A stretch of 64,000 nucleotides of DNA, taken from NCBI GenBank assembly GCA_001791325.1, contig MGEK01000023.1, forward strand, positions 4,405 through 68,404, given 5' to 3'. The stretch is from Candidatus Uhrbacteria bacterium RIFCSPLOWO2_01_FULL_47_25. GTDB taxonomy: Bacteria > Patescibacteriota > Patescibacteriia > GWA2-46-9. Positions within the stretch are counted from its first letter, which is position 1. Each line of letters starts with the position of its first letter. Positions 29,672-40,508 of this stretch are shown piece after piece. Below the pieces are notes generated by a model. It was not told where the DNA came from. It made no database searches and worked only from the letters and a program-made list of their open reading frames with translations. The position numbers and the translations under genes are program-made.

Positions 29672-31117
29672 ATGATCCCTAAACAATCCTTAGTAAAAAT
29701 TCACGACTGGCTTTGGGAAATTCCTAAAAGTTATCGCCACGACATGCGCGTGCCGGCGCGGGTTTGGACTTCGGAAAAAATGCTTGAAGACATATTGGGC
29801 GATAGATCGCTTGAACAAGCGGTTAACGTGACCACCCTGCCTGGCATTGCCAAAGCCGCTTTAGTGATGCCAGACGTGCACGAAGGGTATGGTTTTCCCA
29901 TTGGCGGCGTCGCCGCCATGCGCTGGCCAGATGGTGTAATTTCTCCGGGCGGCATTGGTTATGACATTAATTGCGGCGTGCGCCTTTTGAAATCAGAGCT
30001 GTCGTTTAATGATGTGGCCGCTCATCTTTCTTCCTTAGCTCGTGAGCTTTATCATGAAGTGCCTTCAGGCGTTGGTCGCGGCGGCACTATTAGACTCAAT
30101 ATCATTGAACTTGATCGCGTGCTCAAAGATGGGGTTGGCTGGGCTATCAAACATGGCTACGGCGAGGATCAAGACGCGCGCTACTTGGAATCATCAGGCG
30201 CGCTCGCTGATGCCGATCCATCTGCTGTTTCTGAACACGCTAAAAACCGCGGCCGCGATCAACTGGGCACCATGGGCGCGGGCAATCATTTTGTGGAAGT
30301 GGACAAGGTAACACAGATATTTGATTCGTCCACGGCAAAAACCTTCGGCTTATGGCAAAATCAAATTGTAATTCTCATTCACTGCGGCTCTCGGGGTCTG
30401 GGTCATCAAGTGGCCACCGACTATATTCGCCTAATGCAGAAAATAATGCCGCGCTACCACATTAGTTTGCCCGACAGAGAACTTGCCTGCACTCCCCTTT
30501 CTTCTCTGGAAGGGAAAAATTATTTTAACGCCATGGCCGCGGCCGCTAATTTTGCCTGGGCCAATCGCCAACTAATCACGCATGAGATCAGGAATAGCTG
30601 GCGCAAAGAATTTGGCGCAAGCGCCAGCCAATTATCCATTCTTTATGATGTCGCCCATAATATAGCCAAAATTGAAGAACACATTATTGACGATAAGCCG
30701 CAAAAACTTATAATGCATCGCAAAGGCGCGACGCGCGCCTTTGGGCCCGGGCATCCAGAAGTGATTGAAGAATATCGCGCCGTGGGACAGCCAGTAATAA
30801 TCCCGGGCTCTATGGGTACGGCTTCTTATGTTCTCGCGGGCACCAAGCAAGCCATGAAAGAATCATTTGGCTCTTCCTGCCACGGCGCCGGTCGCCGTAT
30901 GTCGCGCCATGCGGCCAAACGAGCCGTGCAAGGAGGGGCTCTCCGAGACCAACTGGCGAAACAGGGCATCCATATTCAAACCGGCTCGCTCTCTGGTTTA
31001 GCCGAAGAAGCGCCACTGGCTTATAAAAATATTGACGATGTGGTGGACGTAGTATCCAAAGCCGGCCTTGCCAAAAAAGTAGCCCGCCTAGAGCCGCTGG
31101 TGGTAGTCAAAGGTTAA
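29672..31117 (+). CDS. rtcB: RNA-splicing ligase RtcB
   Basis: Conserved RtcB motifs (GNHF, SCHGAGR, metal-binding His/Cys); 481 aa. Confidence 0.95.
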   Translation: MIPKQSLVKIHDWLWEIPKSYRHDMRVPARVWTSEKMLEDILGDRSLEQAVNVTTLPGIAKAALVMPDVHEGYGFPIGGVAAMRWPDGVISPGGIGYDINCGVRLLKSELSFNDVAAHLSSLARELYHEVPSGVGRGGTIRLNIIELDRVLKDGVGWAIKHGYGEDQDARYLESSGALADADPSAVSEHAKNRGRDQLGTMGAGNHFVEVDKVTQIFDSSTAKTFGLWQNQIVILIHCGSRGLGHQVATDYIRLMQKIMPRYHISLPDRELACTPLSSLEGKNYFNAMAAAANFAWANRQLITHEIRNSWRKEFGASASQLSILYDVAHNIAKIEEHIIDDKPQKLIMHRKGATRAFGPGHPEVIEEYRAVGQPVIIPGSMGTASYVLAGTKQAMKESFGSSCHGAGRRMSRHAAKRAVQGGALRDQLAKQGIHIQTGSLSGLAEEAPLAYKNIDDVVDVVSKAGLAKKVARLEPLVVVKG

Positions 31118-31119
31118 AA

Positions 31120-31410
31120 ATATTTACCCTCCTCCGCGAGCGAAAGCGAGCGGAGAAAGCCCCGCCTGTTAAGGCGGGGATGAATGAGGGTACCCTGCGT
31201 AGTCCCGCCGAGCGGGACGAAGCAGGGTACGCTTCGGAGGGTTCCGCTGCTACTCTGCGAAGTAGCTTCGCTACGTAGCACGAGCCGACGAAGCGTGTGG
31301 AGAGGAGCCACGGCTGTAAAGCCGTGGGGCTCCACAAAAAGAAACGGAGGCGGCCTGACAGATATCAAACCGCCCCTAACATGACCATCGTCTTCCTGAA
31401 CGCTTAGCGC
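31120..31410. ncRNA. GC-rich, densely structured non-coding region downstream of rtcB (candidate structured RNA or cluster of palindromic repeat modules)
   Basis: About 62% GC versus AT-rich surroundings; nested perfect hairpins (CCCCGCC-TGTTAA-GGCGGGG; GGTACCCTGC...GTCCCGCCGAGCGGGAC...GCAGGGTAC; GAGCCACGGCT-GTAAA-GCCGTGGGGCTC); no RNase P, SRP, tmRNA or tRNA consensus found. Confidence 0.3.
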
Positions 31411-31411
31411 C

Positions 31412-31654
31412 TCACTGAGAGGCGCTATGTTTCTGTTCATAGGCGCAAAGCGCTAACTTGACGCCGACCAGAACGAATTTGGTAGCCAGCTCATACGACT
31501 CTTCTGGCGCGAGGCCGTCGCCAATCATGCACTCTGCTAACTTCCTCCTTTCTCTCTCAAGGTGAACCTTAGTAACGGCTCCTACCCCGCGCACCATGAT
31601 GGCCTCATTTTCACGAAACTCCTGACTGTCAACAACTAAAACCGACGTGCTCAT
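31412..31654 (-). CDS. hypothetical small protein (80 aa)
   Basis: Canonical SD GAAAGAAGGAGG 5 nt upstream of the ATG; preceded by a 9-bp stem hairpin in the leader. Confidence 0.55.
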   Translation of the reverse strand: MSTSVLVVDSQEFRENEAIMVRGVGAVTKVHLERERRKLAECMIGDGLAPEESYELATKFVLVGVKLALCAYEQKHSASQ

Positions 31655-31761
31655 CGCGCCCTCCTTCTTTCAAACTTTGGGAGAAGCGACCCGCAACGTT
31701 TCGCTTCTCTGGTTTCCATAGTTCACTGTTGCGGACGGGTATTTATAGCACAGGTTATGTA

Positions 31762-32976
31762 TCAAGTCAAGGCTGAATGAAACACCTGCCATGTTGCTTG
31801 TGCTGTACTCTGCCAACTAAATCCGCTTGCTCTCGCTAAGCCAGCAGTACGAAGACTGCTCGCCAAACTTTCATCTGTTGAAATTGTACGCATAGCGTGG
31901 CTAATCGCTGCAACGTCACGCGGATTAACCAACAAAGCGGCACTGCCCGCCACTTCTGCCATGGCGCCATCCCTACTAGTAATCACTGGCGTGCCAGTAG
32001 CCATGGCTTCAAGAATGGGAATGCCAAAACCTTCATAGAGCGAGGGAAATACTAATGCGGCCGCTCCAGCCATAAGCGCGGGAATATCTGACTCGGGAAT
32101 CCAATTTAGGATTTTTACCTGATCATTCAATTTGTGCTTCTTCATGAGCGTGTCCGCTTCCACAAAACCGTACCCGCACGGTCCCACCAAGACTAAACTC
32201 CATCTATCACCGGCCTTACTTTCATCATGACCAAAACTATCATACTCTATAGTATGATAGTTTTGACCAGAAGGGCCGTAACGAGAAGCAGTACCCAAAG
32301 AAGAAGCCGCGCCTAAAAAAATCGCAAACGCTTCAATCAAACGCTCTATATTCTTTTTCTTCTCCAGACGACCAACGAAGAAAAAATACGGCGGCTGAAT
32401 TTTATACCGTTTCTGCGCCACAAGCCGATCGTCAAGAGAAATATGGTTGTGATAGAATCTTTCGTCATGGGCTAAGGGTGTCACAAATATCGGTGCCCGA
32501 GTATTCTTAAAAACCGACTGAAGCTCTTTTTTTGACCACTCAGAAATGGTAATAATCGCACTAGAACGTTTAAGTGCACGACGTACTACATAACGGTGAT
32601 ACCATAAAGCGCGGCGGCGATATAGTTCCGGAAATCTTTCAAAGCCAATATCATGAATTGTCGCGACTGTTCGCTTTGGCAGAATGAGCGGTAAACCGTG
32701 CGCTGGAACAAAAAGCAAATCGGGCGGATAAAGAAACATCTCCCAAGACAATCTCACAAGCGTCCAGAGATATTTTGGCGGCCATTTGAGCACGCGCTCC
32801 TCCCAATTGGCGGGCAAGATAGCGAGTTCCCCACTTAATGGCTCACCAGCATAAAGTAGCACTGTGACATCCGTCGGAATAATTTTCTTTAAATGCTCAA
32901 TCAATAAGTATGAATACCATTCTGTGCCGGTTTTTCTTTCTTTATTGGCGCGTGAAGCGTCTATACCTATAATCAT
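31762..32976 (-). CDS. glycosyltransferase family 1 (GT4-like)
   Basis: C-terminal GT1 motif EGFGIPILEAMATGTPVI. Confidence 0.85.
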   Translation of the reverse strand: MIIGIDASRANKERKTGTEWYSYLLIEHLKKIIPTDVTVLLYAGEPLSGELAILPANWEERVLKWPPKYLWTLVRLSWEMFLYPPDLLFVPAHGLPLILPKRTVATIHDIGFERFPELYRRRALWYHRYVVRRALKRSSAIITISEWSKKELQSVFKNTRAPIFVTPLAHDERFYHNHISLDDRLVAQKRYKIQPPYFFFVGRLEKKKNIERLIEAFAIFLGAASSLGTASRYGPSGQNYHTIEYDSFGHDESKAGDRWSLVLVGPCGYGFVEADTLMKKHKLNDQVKILNWIPESDIPALMAGAAALVFPSLYEGFGIPILEAMATGTPVITSRDGAMAEVAGSAALLVNPRDVAAISHAMRTISTDESLASSLRTAGLARASGFSWQSTAQATWQVFHSALT

Positions 32977-33848
32977 AATCCGACCACTAAGGACAAAATA
33001 ATTATTCCGGATAATGATAAGGCGACTCCTGCTACTTGATGAGAGTGCAATTTTTCGCGACCGATAACTACACCTAAAAACGTGGCCAGAGCAATATAAC
33101 CTTCACTAATTGTTGTCACGATAGCGATAGGCACAAAAGTAGTCGCCATGGCGTAAGAAACCCATCCGATATTGTTAAAAATACAAGCCGAGGAAATAAT
33201 TTTTTTGTTCTCCCAAAATATATTTTGCAGGTGGCGCAACTCGCCAAGAGCCACCAAAACACCTGACGATATAAGCAACAAAACGGCGGAGGTAAACCAC
33301 ACCGTCAATAAGGGAGAAGTCGCTTGGCTGGATAGACCAACTAAAAAATTTGTCAGGGCCAATCCAACCGCCGCCAATAATCCCAGAACCGCGCCTCGCT
33401 CAAATAAAAAGTTGTATTTCTGCCCGAGCATTTCAAATTCAACCGTGGCTAAAACAATTCCCACAAAAACGACTAGAGACAAAAAGAACTCTACGGCACT
33501 CAATTTTTCCCCATGAACAATCACTCCCAAAGCAACTGTCAGTGGCAACTCAAGTCCCAAAATTGGAGCGACGATAGCCAACTTGCCCAAACGAAAAGCT
33601 TCAAGACTGACGACGGCGGTGAATGTTACCACTATGGCCAAAGCCACGAATCTCCATGAATGAGCCGAACTGAAAATTTGTCCTAATTGGCCCATGGCTA
33701 CAGGCCAAAACACAATCGCGCCGAACAAACCAAAAAAGAAAAGTGACCTCCATGTTCCCGCCTGACGCGCTGATCGCTGGGTGAGAAAATCACCAACTCC
33801 CCAACCGAGCAGGGCAAGAAAAGCCAGAGCAATTCCCGCCATTGCCAT
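32973..33848 (-). CDS. EamA/DMT-family transporter
   Basis: 10 TM helices in two EamA-like halves. Confidence 0.75.
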   Translation of the reverse strand: MAMAGIALAFLALLGWGVGDFLTQRSARQAGTWRSLFFFGLFGAIVFWPVAMGQLGQIFSSAHSWRFVALAIVVTFTAVVSLEAFRLGKLAIVAPILGLELPLTVALGVIVHGEKLSAVEFFLSLVVFVGIVLATVEFEMLGQKYNFLFERGAVLGLLAAVGLALTNFLVGLSSQATSPLLTVWFTSAVLLLISSGVLVALGELRHLQNIFWENKKIISSACIFNNIGWVSYAMATTFVPIAIVTTISEGYIALATFLGVVIGREKLHSHQVAGVALSLSGIIILSLVVGL

Positions 33849-33874
33849 AATGTTCCTACCTTTAAACTAACGGC

Positions 33875-34666
33875 CTAAAGCAAATTCGGATCAAGACCGT
33901 TATTTGATGGAGTAATCTCAAAAAGTTTGTCCACATACGCCCAAAACCCATCGTTGCCCCCAAGCTCGGCCGCGCACTCGCTGGCTTCTGCCTCTTTGCG
34001 CGCTTTAGAGTGAAGAGAGTCAAGGGGAAAATGCCGGTATACCCAAGCCACTTGGCCGGAATACTCTGACATGACTTGCTGCATTGTGCGGTGGAAATTC
34101 TTGCAGAAGGGACACTCCAGATCGGAAAATTCCACAACCTTCACGGTCGCTTTCGGGTCGCCGCGCAAATGATCTCTGTCGGTCAACTCTCCCACATTGT
34201 CAGACTCTTGTTTGGTTTTGGGTAGCGGAGCATTGGCAGAAACAGCCAAGGCTTGATCAATAATGGATTTTACGTCTTCAAAAGGAAAAGCGCCGCTAAT
34301 GGGAAATGTTTGCCCATTGGCAGCAACAACTATGCTATAGGGAGTTCCCTGACCGCCAGACTGGACCGCGTTTTGATAGTCTTGCTCCACGCGATCGGCA
34401 TGACGCCCGCTCTTCAGACAGCTCTGAAAATCATCCTGTTTTAAGCCAATGGATGTTGAAATTGGCGTACCGGCTAGAGCCCCCTCAGGGGGCGTCTTAG
34501 ATACCACTGGTTTGCCTTTTTCTAAACTGGGGAATTGGATATTGCCCCCGCCAAGCAAAACGACGAGCAGGATAATAAACCCAACCGTGCAAAGCGCCAT
34601 AATGCCGCCGACAAAACCCATGATAAATGAGGTTTTGGGAGAAAAATTTTTTAACAAATCATTCAT
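33875..34666 (-). CDS. DsbA-like thiol:disulfide oxidoreductase (thioredoxin fold, CPFC)
   Basis: N-terminal TM; CxxC motif DLECPFCKNFH. Confidence 0.8.
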   Translation of the reverse strand: MNDLLKNFSPKTSFIMGFVGGIMALCTVGFIILLVVLLGGGNIQFPSLEKGKPVVSKTPPEGALAGTPISTSIGLKQDDFQSCLKSGRHADRVEQDYQNAVQSGGQGTPYSIVVAANGQTFPISGAFPFEDVKSIIDQALAVSANAPLPKTKQESDNVGELTDRDHLRGDPKATVKVVEFSDLECPFCKNFHRTMQQVMSEYSGQVAWVYRHFPLDSLHSKARKEAEASECAAELGGNDGFWAYVDKLFEITPSNNGLDPNLL

Positions 34667-34745
34667 ATTGTATTAATTAAAATGATAACTCAACAATGTT
34701 AACACGATCACCATCTAAGAGCAACCCGCGCCAATATCATCCCTG

Positions 34746-36977
34746 CTAGGTTAAACGAACCCGTCTTAAGCGCAAGGCATTTAATACCACGGATACGCTG
34801 GAAAGCGCCATGGCCGCGGCGCTGAATTCCGGATTTAAAAAACCCAGAGCGGCCACGGGCACGCCGACGGTATTATAGATAAAAGCCCAAAAAAGATTTT
34901 GTTTAATGTTGCGTAAGGTTGCTTCAGAGAGACTAATCGCTTCAGCCGCTTTGGATAAATCACCTTTCACTAAAACTACATCCCCCGCCTCCATGGCGAC
35001 ATCCGTGCCTGTGCCCATGGCTATGCCCACATTGGCCGCGGCCAGGGCCGGCGAATCGTTAATGCCGTCGCCGACCATGGCCACGAAGTTGCCCTCTTCC
35101 TGCAACCGTTTAATTATCGCCACTTTATCGGCTGGCATCACTTCGGCCTGCACTTCATCAATGCCTACTTGTCTGGCAATCTCCCGCGCCACGAATGAAT
35201 TATCACCCGTAAGCATAACGGTTTTGATGCCTCGATGTTTCAAATGCTTAATCGCTTCGGCTGAAGATTCTTTGAGACCGTCTTGCACGGCAAAAAATCC
35301 AAGTAATTTTTGGTTTCTGGAAAACCCAATAATAGTAAACCCCTTGCTCCCGTATTCTTCTATTTTATCTCTCTGCTCTTCCATATTTACTCCCTCCTCC
35401 CTTAAAAATCTAACACTGCCAATTCTGTATTTCGCGCCTTGATACTCTCCGCTCATGCCTCGTCCGGTAACGGCCTGAACCGCCGTTAAAGGAACACTTG
35501 AAGCGGCATGACGTTTTTCTTTTAACCACTCAACTATGCTTTTAGCCAACGGATGTTCCGAGCGCGACTCCAAAGTATAGGCCTCAAAAAAATACGCTTC
35601 GCTCTCGTCGTTTGACGCCGCTACCCATTCTTGCACTTCCGGATGTCCTTTGGTAATAGTGCCGGTTTTGTCAAACGCCACGGCGGTAATTTTTTTCATT
35701 TTTTCCAAGGCCTCAGCTTTTTTGATAAGAATACCCATAACGGCGCCGCGTCCAGTGCCAACGACAATTGATATGGGCGTCGCCAACCCCAAGGCACAAG
35801 GGCAGGCAATAATAAGAACGGCTACGGCGCGCACCAAAGCCAAACCAAAATCACCGGTCCACCATGACCAAGCAAGAATGGTAATTAAAGCAATAAGCAT
35901 CACAATCCAAACAAAATAACTGGACACCTGATCAACCAACTTTTGAATCGGCGCCTTGGACATCTGCGCCTCCTCCACCAGTTTAATAATCTGCGCGAGC
36001 ATTGTCGCGGCCCCTACTTTTTCCGTCCGCACGGTCAAAGAGCCGTTACCATTCAGGGTCGCGCCAATCACTTGGTCGCCCACTGTTTTGTCAACTGGAA
36101 TACTTTCCCCAGTAACCATAGACTCATCAATGGCTGATGCTCCCTCAATAATCACGCCGTCGGTTGGTATTTTCTCGCCGGGTTTAATCAATAGTTTATC
36201 GCCAACTTGAACCGCCTCTATGAGTACGTCTTCAATTCCGCCCGATTCGGTCAAACGATGAGCTGTTTTGGCGGAAAGTTTAAGGAGTTTTTTTATGGCC
36301 TCTGAAGCCCGCCCTTTGGCCCGTGCCTCTAGATATCGTCCCAACAATATAAAGGTTGCAATAATGGCGACATCCAAAAAATATTGACTAGCTTCCGGTT
36401 GCCAAAGCGTTGTATATGACGAATACAAAAACGCCGCCCCGACACCAAGGGCGACAAGGGTATCCATGTTTGGCCTAAGGCGCGCGAGGCCGGGCAATCC
36501 TAAAGAGAAAAACTCTCGTCCGAAATAAAGTACGCCGAGTGACAAGAGAAGCATTAAAAATCGTTCGTTGGGGATATCCAGCCAAAATTCCACCAAAACC
36601 ACAACGACACTCAAGACTGCCGCGGCTACGAATTTTTGCCAACGATCTGAAATTGCCCGGTCAGATTCTGCGGAGGCGTGCGCCGCGTGGTCTTCTGGCT
36701 GACCGGACGCTTCATGATGCCCAGCGTGATCATGGTGTCCGCCTCCCGCTACTGGCGAGGTAATTGGCTCTGCCGAATAACCAGCGTGCTTTATGGTTGT
36801 TACTATATCTGGCACGCCGACCACTGATTCATCGTATTCAACTTCCCCGCGATTAAGAGCAAAATTAACTCGCGCGTCTTTGACGCCCTTAAGCTTTTTT
36901 AAATCACCTTCAATGTGCATGACGCAAGACGCACAGTTCATACCCACAATATCCAGTTGAATTTTTTTAAATGACAT
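34746..36977 (-). CDS. copA: copper-translocating P1B-type ATPase
   Basis: N-terminal HMA domain GMNCASCV, His-rich linker, [18 protein letters not shown]. Confidence 0.95.
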   Translation of the reverse strand: MSFKKIQLDIVGMNCASCVMHIEGDLKKLKGVKDARVNFALNRGEVEYDESVVGVPDIVTTIKHAGYSAEPITSPVAGGGHHDHAGHHEASGQPEDHAAHASAESDRAISDRWQKFVAAAVLSVVVVLVEFWLDIPNERFLMLLLSLGVLYFGREFFSLGLPGLARLRPNMDTLVALGVGAAFLYSSYTTLWQPEASQYFLDVAIIATFILLGRYLEARAKGRASEAIKKLLKLSAKTAHRLTESGGIEDVLIEAVQVGDKLLIKPGEKIPTDGVIIEGASAIDESMVTGESIPVDKTVGDQVIGATLNGNGSLTVRTEKVGAATMLAQIIKLVEEAQMSKAPIQKLVDQVSSYFVWIVMLIALITILAWSWWTGDFGLALVRAVAVLIIACPCALGLATPISIVVGTGRGAVMGILIKKAEALEKMKKITAVAFDKTGTITKGHPEVQEWVAASNDESEAYFFEAYTLESRSEHPLAKSIVEWLKEKRHAASSVPLTAVQAVTGRGMSGEYQGAKYRIGSVRFLREEGVNMEEQRDKIEEYGSKGFTIIGFSRNQKLLGFFAVQDGLKESSAEAIKHLKHRGIKTVMLTGDNSFVAREIARQVGIDEVQAEVMPADKVAIIKRLQEEGNFVAMVGDGINDSPALAAANVGIAMGTGTDVAMEAGDVVLVKGDLSKAAEAISLSEATLRNIKQNLFWAFIYNTVGVPVAALGFLNPEFSAAAMALSSVSVVLNALRLRRVRLT

Positions 36978-37406
36978 AATACATAATAAACACTAAACTC
37001 TAAGCACGAATTTCTTCAGCCCAAGGCTGATCCGCCTCGGGCGGAAAACTCTAAATTACAAACATCAGTGATTTGGGTCATTGAGATTTCGAACTTAATC
37101 ATTGTTTAGAGATTAGAAATTATTTGAATGTAACAATGTAACTATGAATAGAAAAGCATCACGAGCAAAATAATAAATCCTATTGTCCCCAATGTCAGCA
37201 TAGACGAGATTAAACCAACAACAAAGGCCTGCTTAGACGTTAAGCCGAATCTAGAGTTATCATTTGATACGATCATTTCAACGTGATCGGCCTCATCAAA
37301 ATCCGGATCAAATGGAATTTGCTGTTCTAAATTGGGAGAATGGTGAATCATGAATTATGAATTATTCTTACGAAATATTATGGCCATACAGCTTATGGCT
37401 TACAAC

Positions 37407-39101
37407 CTAGCTTACCACTTTTATTTCTCCCCAGTACATCCCCATGGAACAACTAAAAGCAAAAGTGCCAGTTTCTTTGGGCGTAAATTCAATAACGTTT
37501 TGACCGGGAGATAAGCGCTCACGAATACCGAGCTGGGGCGCTTGAATCACCGATAGGCAGCCTCCCAAATTATTGGCTTGAATTTCCCACCGTGTCGGTA
37601 CGCCCTGGCGCAAGGTGAAACGATCAGGACTGTATCCTTGATTACTGACTGCCATCTTGACGGTTTGCTGCTTCCCGTTAAAAATCACGTTCGCATCTTC
37701 CAAATCGGAAACTATAGCCCCGGCCGAAGAATTAAAAGCAAATAAATGCGACAATCTAATCGGATAGCCGGTCATGGCCATGCCATTTTGAATATTCCAA
37801 AGACCGAGAATTATAACAGTTGCTCCAGAAAAACGAAAAAACCATTGTCCAACTCTCCCCTTAAATGATCCGGAAGCCCACCCCAGAGCCAGCAGCGCCG
37901 GCGCCGTACCTAAAGCAAAAATAAACAAGGTCATTGCGCTTGTCCAAAAACTCCCCGTGGTTAAAGCGTAAAGCTGTAATGACTGAGTAAATCCGCAGGG
38001 CAAAAAAAATGTGCCGGCTCCCAATAAAAAAGGCACAAACGGATGTGTCTGCGCTTCGGCGTCAACGACTCGGTGTGACAACCATTTTGGCAGACGTGGT
38101 AAAAAACTTTTCATCCAGCGCGGAGCGATATGCAACATCTCTAACCCCATTACGAACATATAAAGAGCCGCCATTATGGTGATGACGCCGGTAATTAATG
38201 GCGATGGCGACAAGGCCACGCCAATTAAACCAATAATTCCACCTAGTACGAAATAAGACAAAAGCCGTCCGCCCACAAACAGCAACACCGGTCTAAAGCG
38301 CGCTATAGGAGAAACGCTTTTGTAGCGTTCATTAAAACGAGCGGCTGACGAAAGCAGAAGTCCGCCAGATACTGCGAGGCAAGAGGAGCTGGCAGCCACA
38401 AGACCAATCAGGAAAATCGCCCCGAAGCTGGTGGGAGTTCCTATATTGACCGCGGCATTGAGCAGACCTAACCGCGACAACATTGATCCTGCAACAAAAA
38501 CTATGGCAAACAAACTAACTAACTTCCAGAACGACAATCTCTCGTTATTAACAACCTCTTCATCCTTATCTCTCTTGGCTTTATTGATTTTAGATGAATT
38601 GTGCAACAAACCAAGCACGCGATATCCATACTCACTGACAGCTTCCTGCAAAGATTCAACCTTGGGCGGTTCTCCCGAATAAACAATATGAACTAACCCC
38701 TTATCCGCGTTCACTTCAACTTTGTCCACCCCCGGAAGCTCGCGAAATTTGCGCTCAATGGTAATTTCGCAACTGCGGCAATGCATGCCTTCAATATTCA
38801 CTTGAACAAACCTCTTTTTTTCATCCCCTAAATCAGATGACGACACACGACTGTCGGCTGAAATATGACTAGCTGGAACAAGCTTAATTCCGCACTGCTC
38901 GGCCATAGATTCAAGCTCGGAGAGCTTCATAAAACGCTTTGATATAATCCTGACTAATTGCTTGCCTGTGCTAATGTCCACCCGTTCAATGTCAGCCAGA
39001 TTTTCTAGCTCACTTTTCAAACGCAACGCCTGCTGATACTCGCTAGGGCCAACCAAGCGACATTTCAAGATAAATAGATTTTGCTTATTGTTTTCAATCA
39101 T
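37407..39101 (-). CDS. HMA-domain membrane protein with thiol-containing polytopic core and C-terminal cupredoxin-like domain (putative copper handling)
   Basis: HMA motif GMHCRSCE; TM Cys residues (SSCLAV, FLPCGF); C-terminal FSCSMGMYWGEIKV resembling a type-1 copper site. Confidence 0.55.
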   Translation of the reverse strand: MIENNKQNLFILKCRLVGPSEYQQALRLKSELENLADIERVDISTGKQLVRIISKRFMKLSELESMAEQCGIKLVPASHISADSRVSSSDLGDEKKRFVQVNIEGMHCRSCEITIERKFRELPGVDKVEVNADKGLVHIVYSGEPPKVESLQEAVSEYGYRVLGLLHNSSKINKAKRDKDEEVVNNERLSFWKLVSLFAIVFVAGSMLSRLGLLNAAVNIGTPTSFGAIFLIGLVAASSSCLAVSGGLLLSSAARFNERYKSVSPIARFRPVLLFVGGRLLSYFVLGGIIGLIGVALSPSPLITGVITIMAALYMFVMGLEMLHIAPRWMKSFLPRLPKWLSHRVVDAEAQTHPFVPFLLGAGTFFLPCGFTQSLQLYALTTGSFWTSAMTLFIFALGTAPALLALGWASGSFKGRVGQWFFRFSGATVIILGLWNIQNGMAMTGYPIRLSHLFAFNSSAGAIVSDLEDANVIFNGKQQTVKMAVSNQGYSPDRFTLRQGVPTRWEIQANNLGGCLSVIQAPQLGIRERLSPGQNVIEFTPKETGTFAFSCSMGMYWGEIKVVS

Positions 39102-39462
39102 TATATTTACAGAATTGTTCTTAATAGCTTCCGAGGCCTAATTAGCCATTACTTTGGGTAGTGACCAAACTTGTATTGTGCATCCAGACCATATACCAAG
39201 CAAAAATCCAGGCAAAAACAAATACATAAACAGCGCCGAGAATTATACTGCCGAAACTCCCCCAAACAAAACCCGGCAAAGTCTCAAACAAAGCGTGATG
39301 AAGTTCAATTCCTCTGGCCGTGCGCCAAGGCAAATAGCCGCCGACTAAACAAATGACATACGCGACTTCACCTCCAAGCACACAAAGCCAACCATATCTT
39401 TTAAGTGAAAGCATATAATTAAAATTAAATATCCAAAACTTTTATTCTTTCATTTTTTATTA

Positions 39463-40146
39463 TTAACTAAGATCTTGTTTCTTTGCCTCAAACTCTTCTT
39501 TATTAATTTCTCCTTTGGCATAGCGTTCCTTCAATATATCAAAAGCATGATTACTACGTCCACTCCCCTGACTTTGAACGATTAACCAGCGAATTAGAGC
39601 CACGATAGCTACAATCACTAGTACCCAGAAAATAATCATGATTAACATACCAAAAAATCCAAAGAAACTTGATCCATATCCATACGCTCCAAAATTCCCC
39701 ATCATATTGCTATCACCTCCTTTCCCTAAAGTTTGCCATCCCATCATTCCTGCCATCATTGGCATAAAGCCAAGCGCGTTGGAGGGATAGGCCGTAGCCG
39801 TATCACAACCACTAAAACGCTTGCCCATCACGACGTGCATTTGTTCTTCGCCGTCTTCGCCCATCATTCTTGTCATCATGGCGTTCATCGCCGCGTGCGA
39901 CGCGCCAGCCATTTGCCCCATAAAATATTCGCCTAATACGGCAAAATTTTCGTCCGTTAAGTCAAGGCAAGGATTTTCTTTGATCCGAATTTGCTGCCAC
40001 AGAGCTTTACCTTCCTGCTCTTCGCGCGCCGTGTGGTCATCGGTAATCGCGCCATTGACCGAAAGGTCCATCATCGCCGCACGCGTTGATATACTAACTA
40101 GAAAAACCAGTATTACCGCTAGCGTAACGTAGGATATTTTTTTCAT
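39463..40146 (-). CDS. Met-rich secreted/membrane protein with C-terminal SHOCT domain (putative copper binding)
   Basis: Signal peptide, multiple MxxM/MMxM clusters, TM, C-terminal SHOCT-like ILKERYAKGEINKEEFEAKKQDL. Confidence 0.55.
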   Translation of the reverse strand: MKKISYVTLAVILVFLVSISTRAAMMDLSVNGAITDDHTAREEQEGKALWQQIRIKENPCLDLTDENFAVLGEYFMGQMAGASHAAMNAMMTRMMGEDGEEQMHVVMGKRFSGCDTATAYPSNALGFMPMMAGMMGWQTLGKGGDSNMMGNFGAYGYGSSFFGFFGMLIMIIFWVLVIVAIVALIRWLIVQSQGSGRSNHAFDILKERYAKGEINKEEFEAKKQDLS

Positions 40147-40175
40147 ATAATTTACATTCGGGAGCTATTCCCCTG

Positions 40176-40445
40176 TCAATGACGACGACAAAGACGATAT
40201 ACCTCCATCAATTCCTTTTTAGATCTCTGTTCTTTCCCGCTTTTGATCTGTTCTATAACATGCGTCGCGATATGATGCTCAAGAATTAAATCTTCAATGG
40301 CGCACAACGCTTCTTTAATGGCTGACGATTGATGCAGTATTTGAATACAGTATGTATCATTCTCCACCATTCGCTGTAGGCCACGAACCTGCCCCTCCAG
40401 AATTTTTAAACGGCGAATGGCTGTTAATCTCGTCTTTTTATTCAT
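40176..40445 (-). CDS. csoR: CsoR/RcnR-family metal-sensing transcriptional repressor
   Basis: DUF156 length and Cys-His-Cys ligand arrangement. Confidence 0.8.
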   Translation of the reverse strand: MNKKTRLTAIRRLKILEGQVRGLQRMVENDTYCIQILHQSSAIKEALCAIEDLILEHHIATHVIEQIKSGKEQRSKKELMEVYRLCRRH

Positions 40446-40508
40446 AAATCTATGATACCCCCTAGGGGTATTTATGTCAATGCTAGTAACTTACCCGCCG
40501 TTCGCCGG

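Noticed and set aside
31107-31440. Three overlapping ORFs (31107..31337 -, 31114..31440 -, 31184..31384 +) in the GC-rich region after rtcB
   Set aside because: They are Arg/Ser/Gly-rich translations of palindromic GC-rich DNA in all frames. That is the typical artefact of structured non-coding sequence, so the region is reported as structured RNA/repeat instead.
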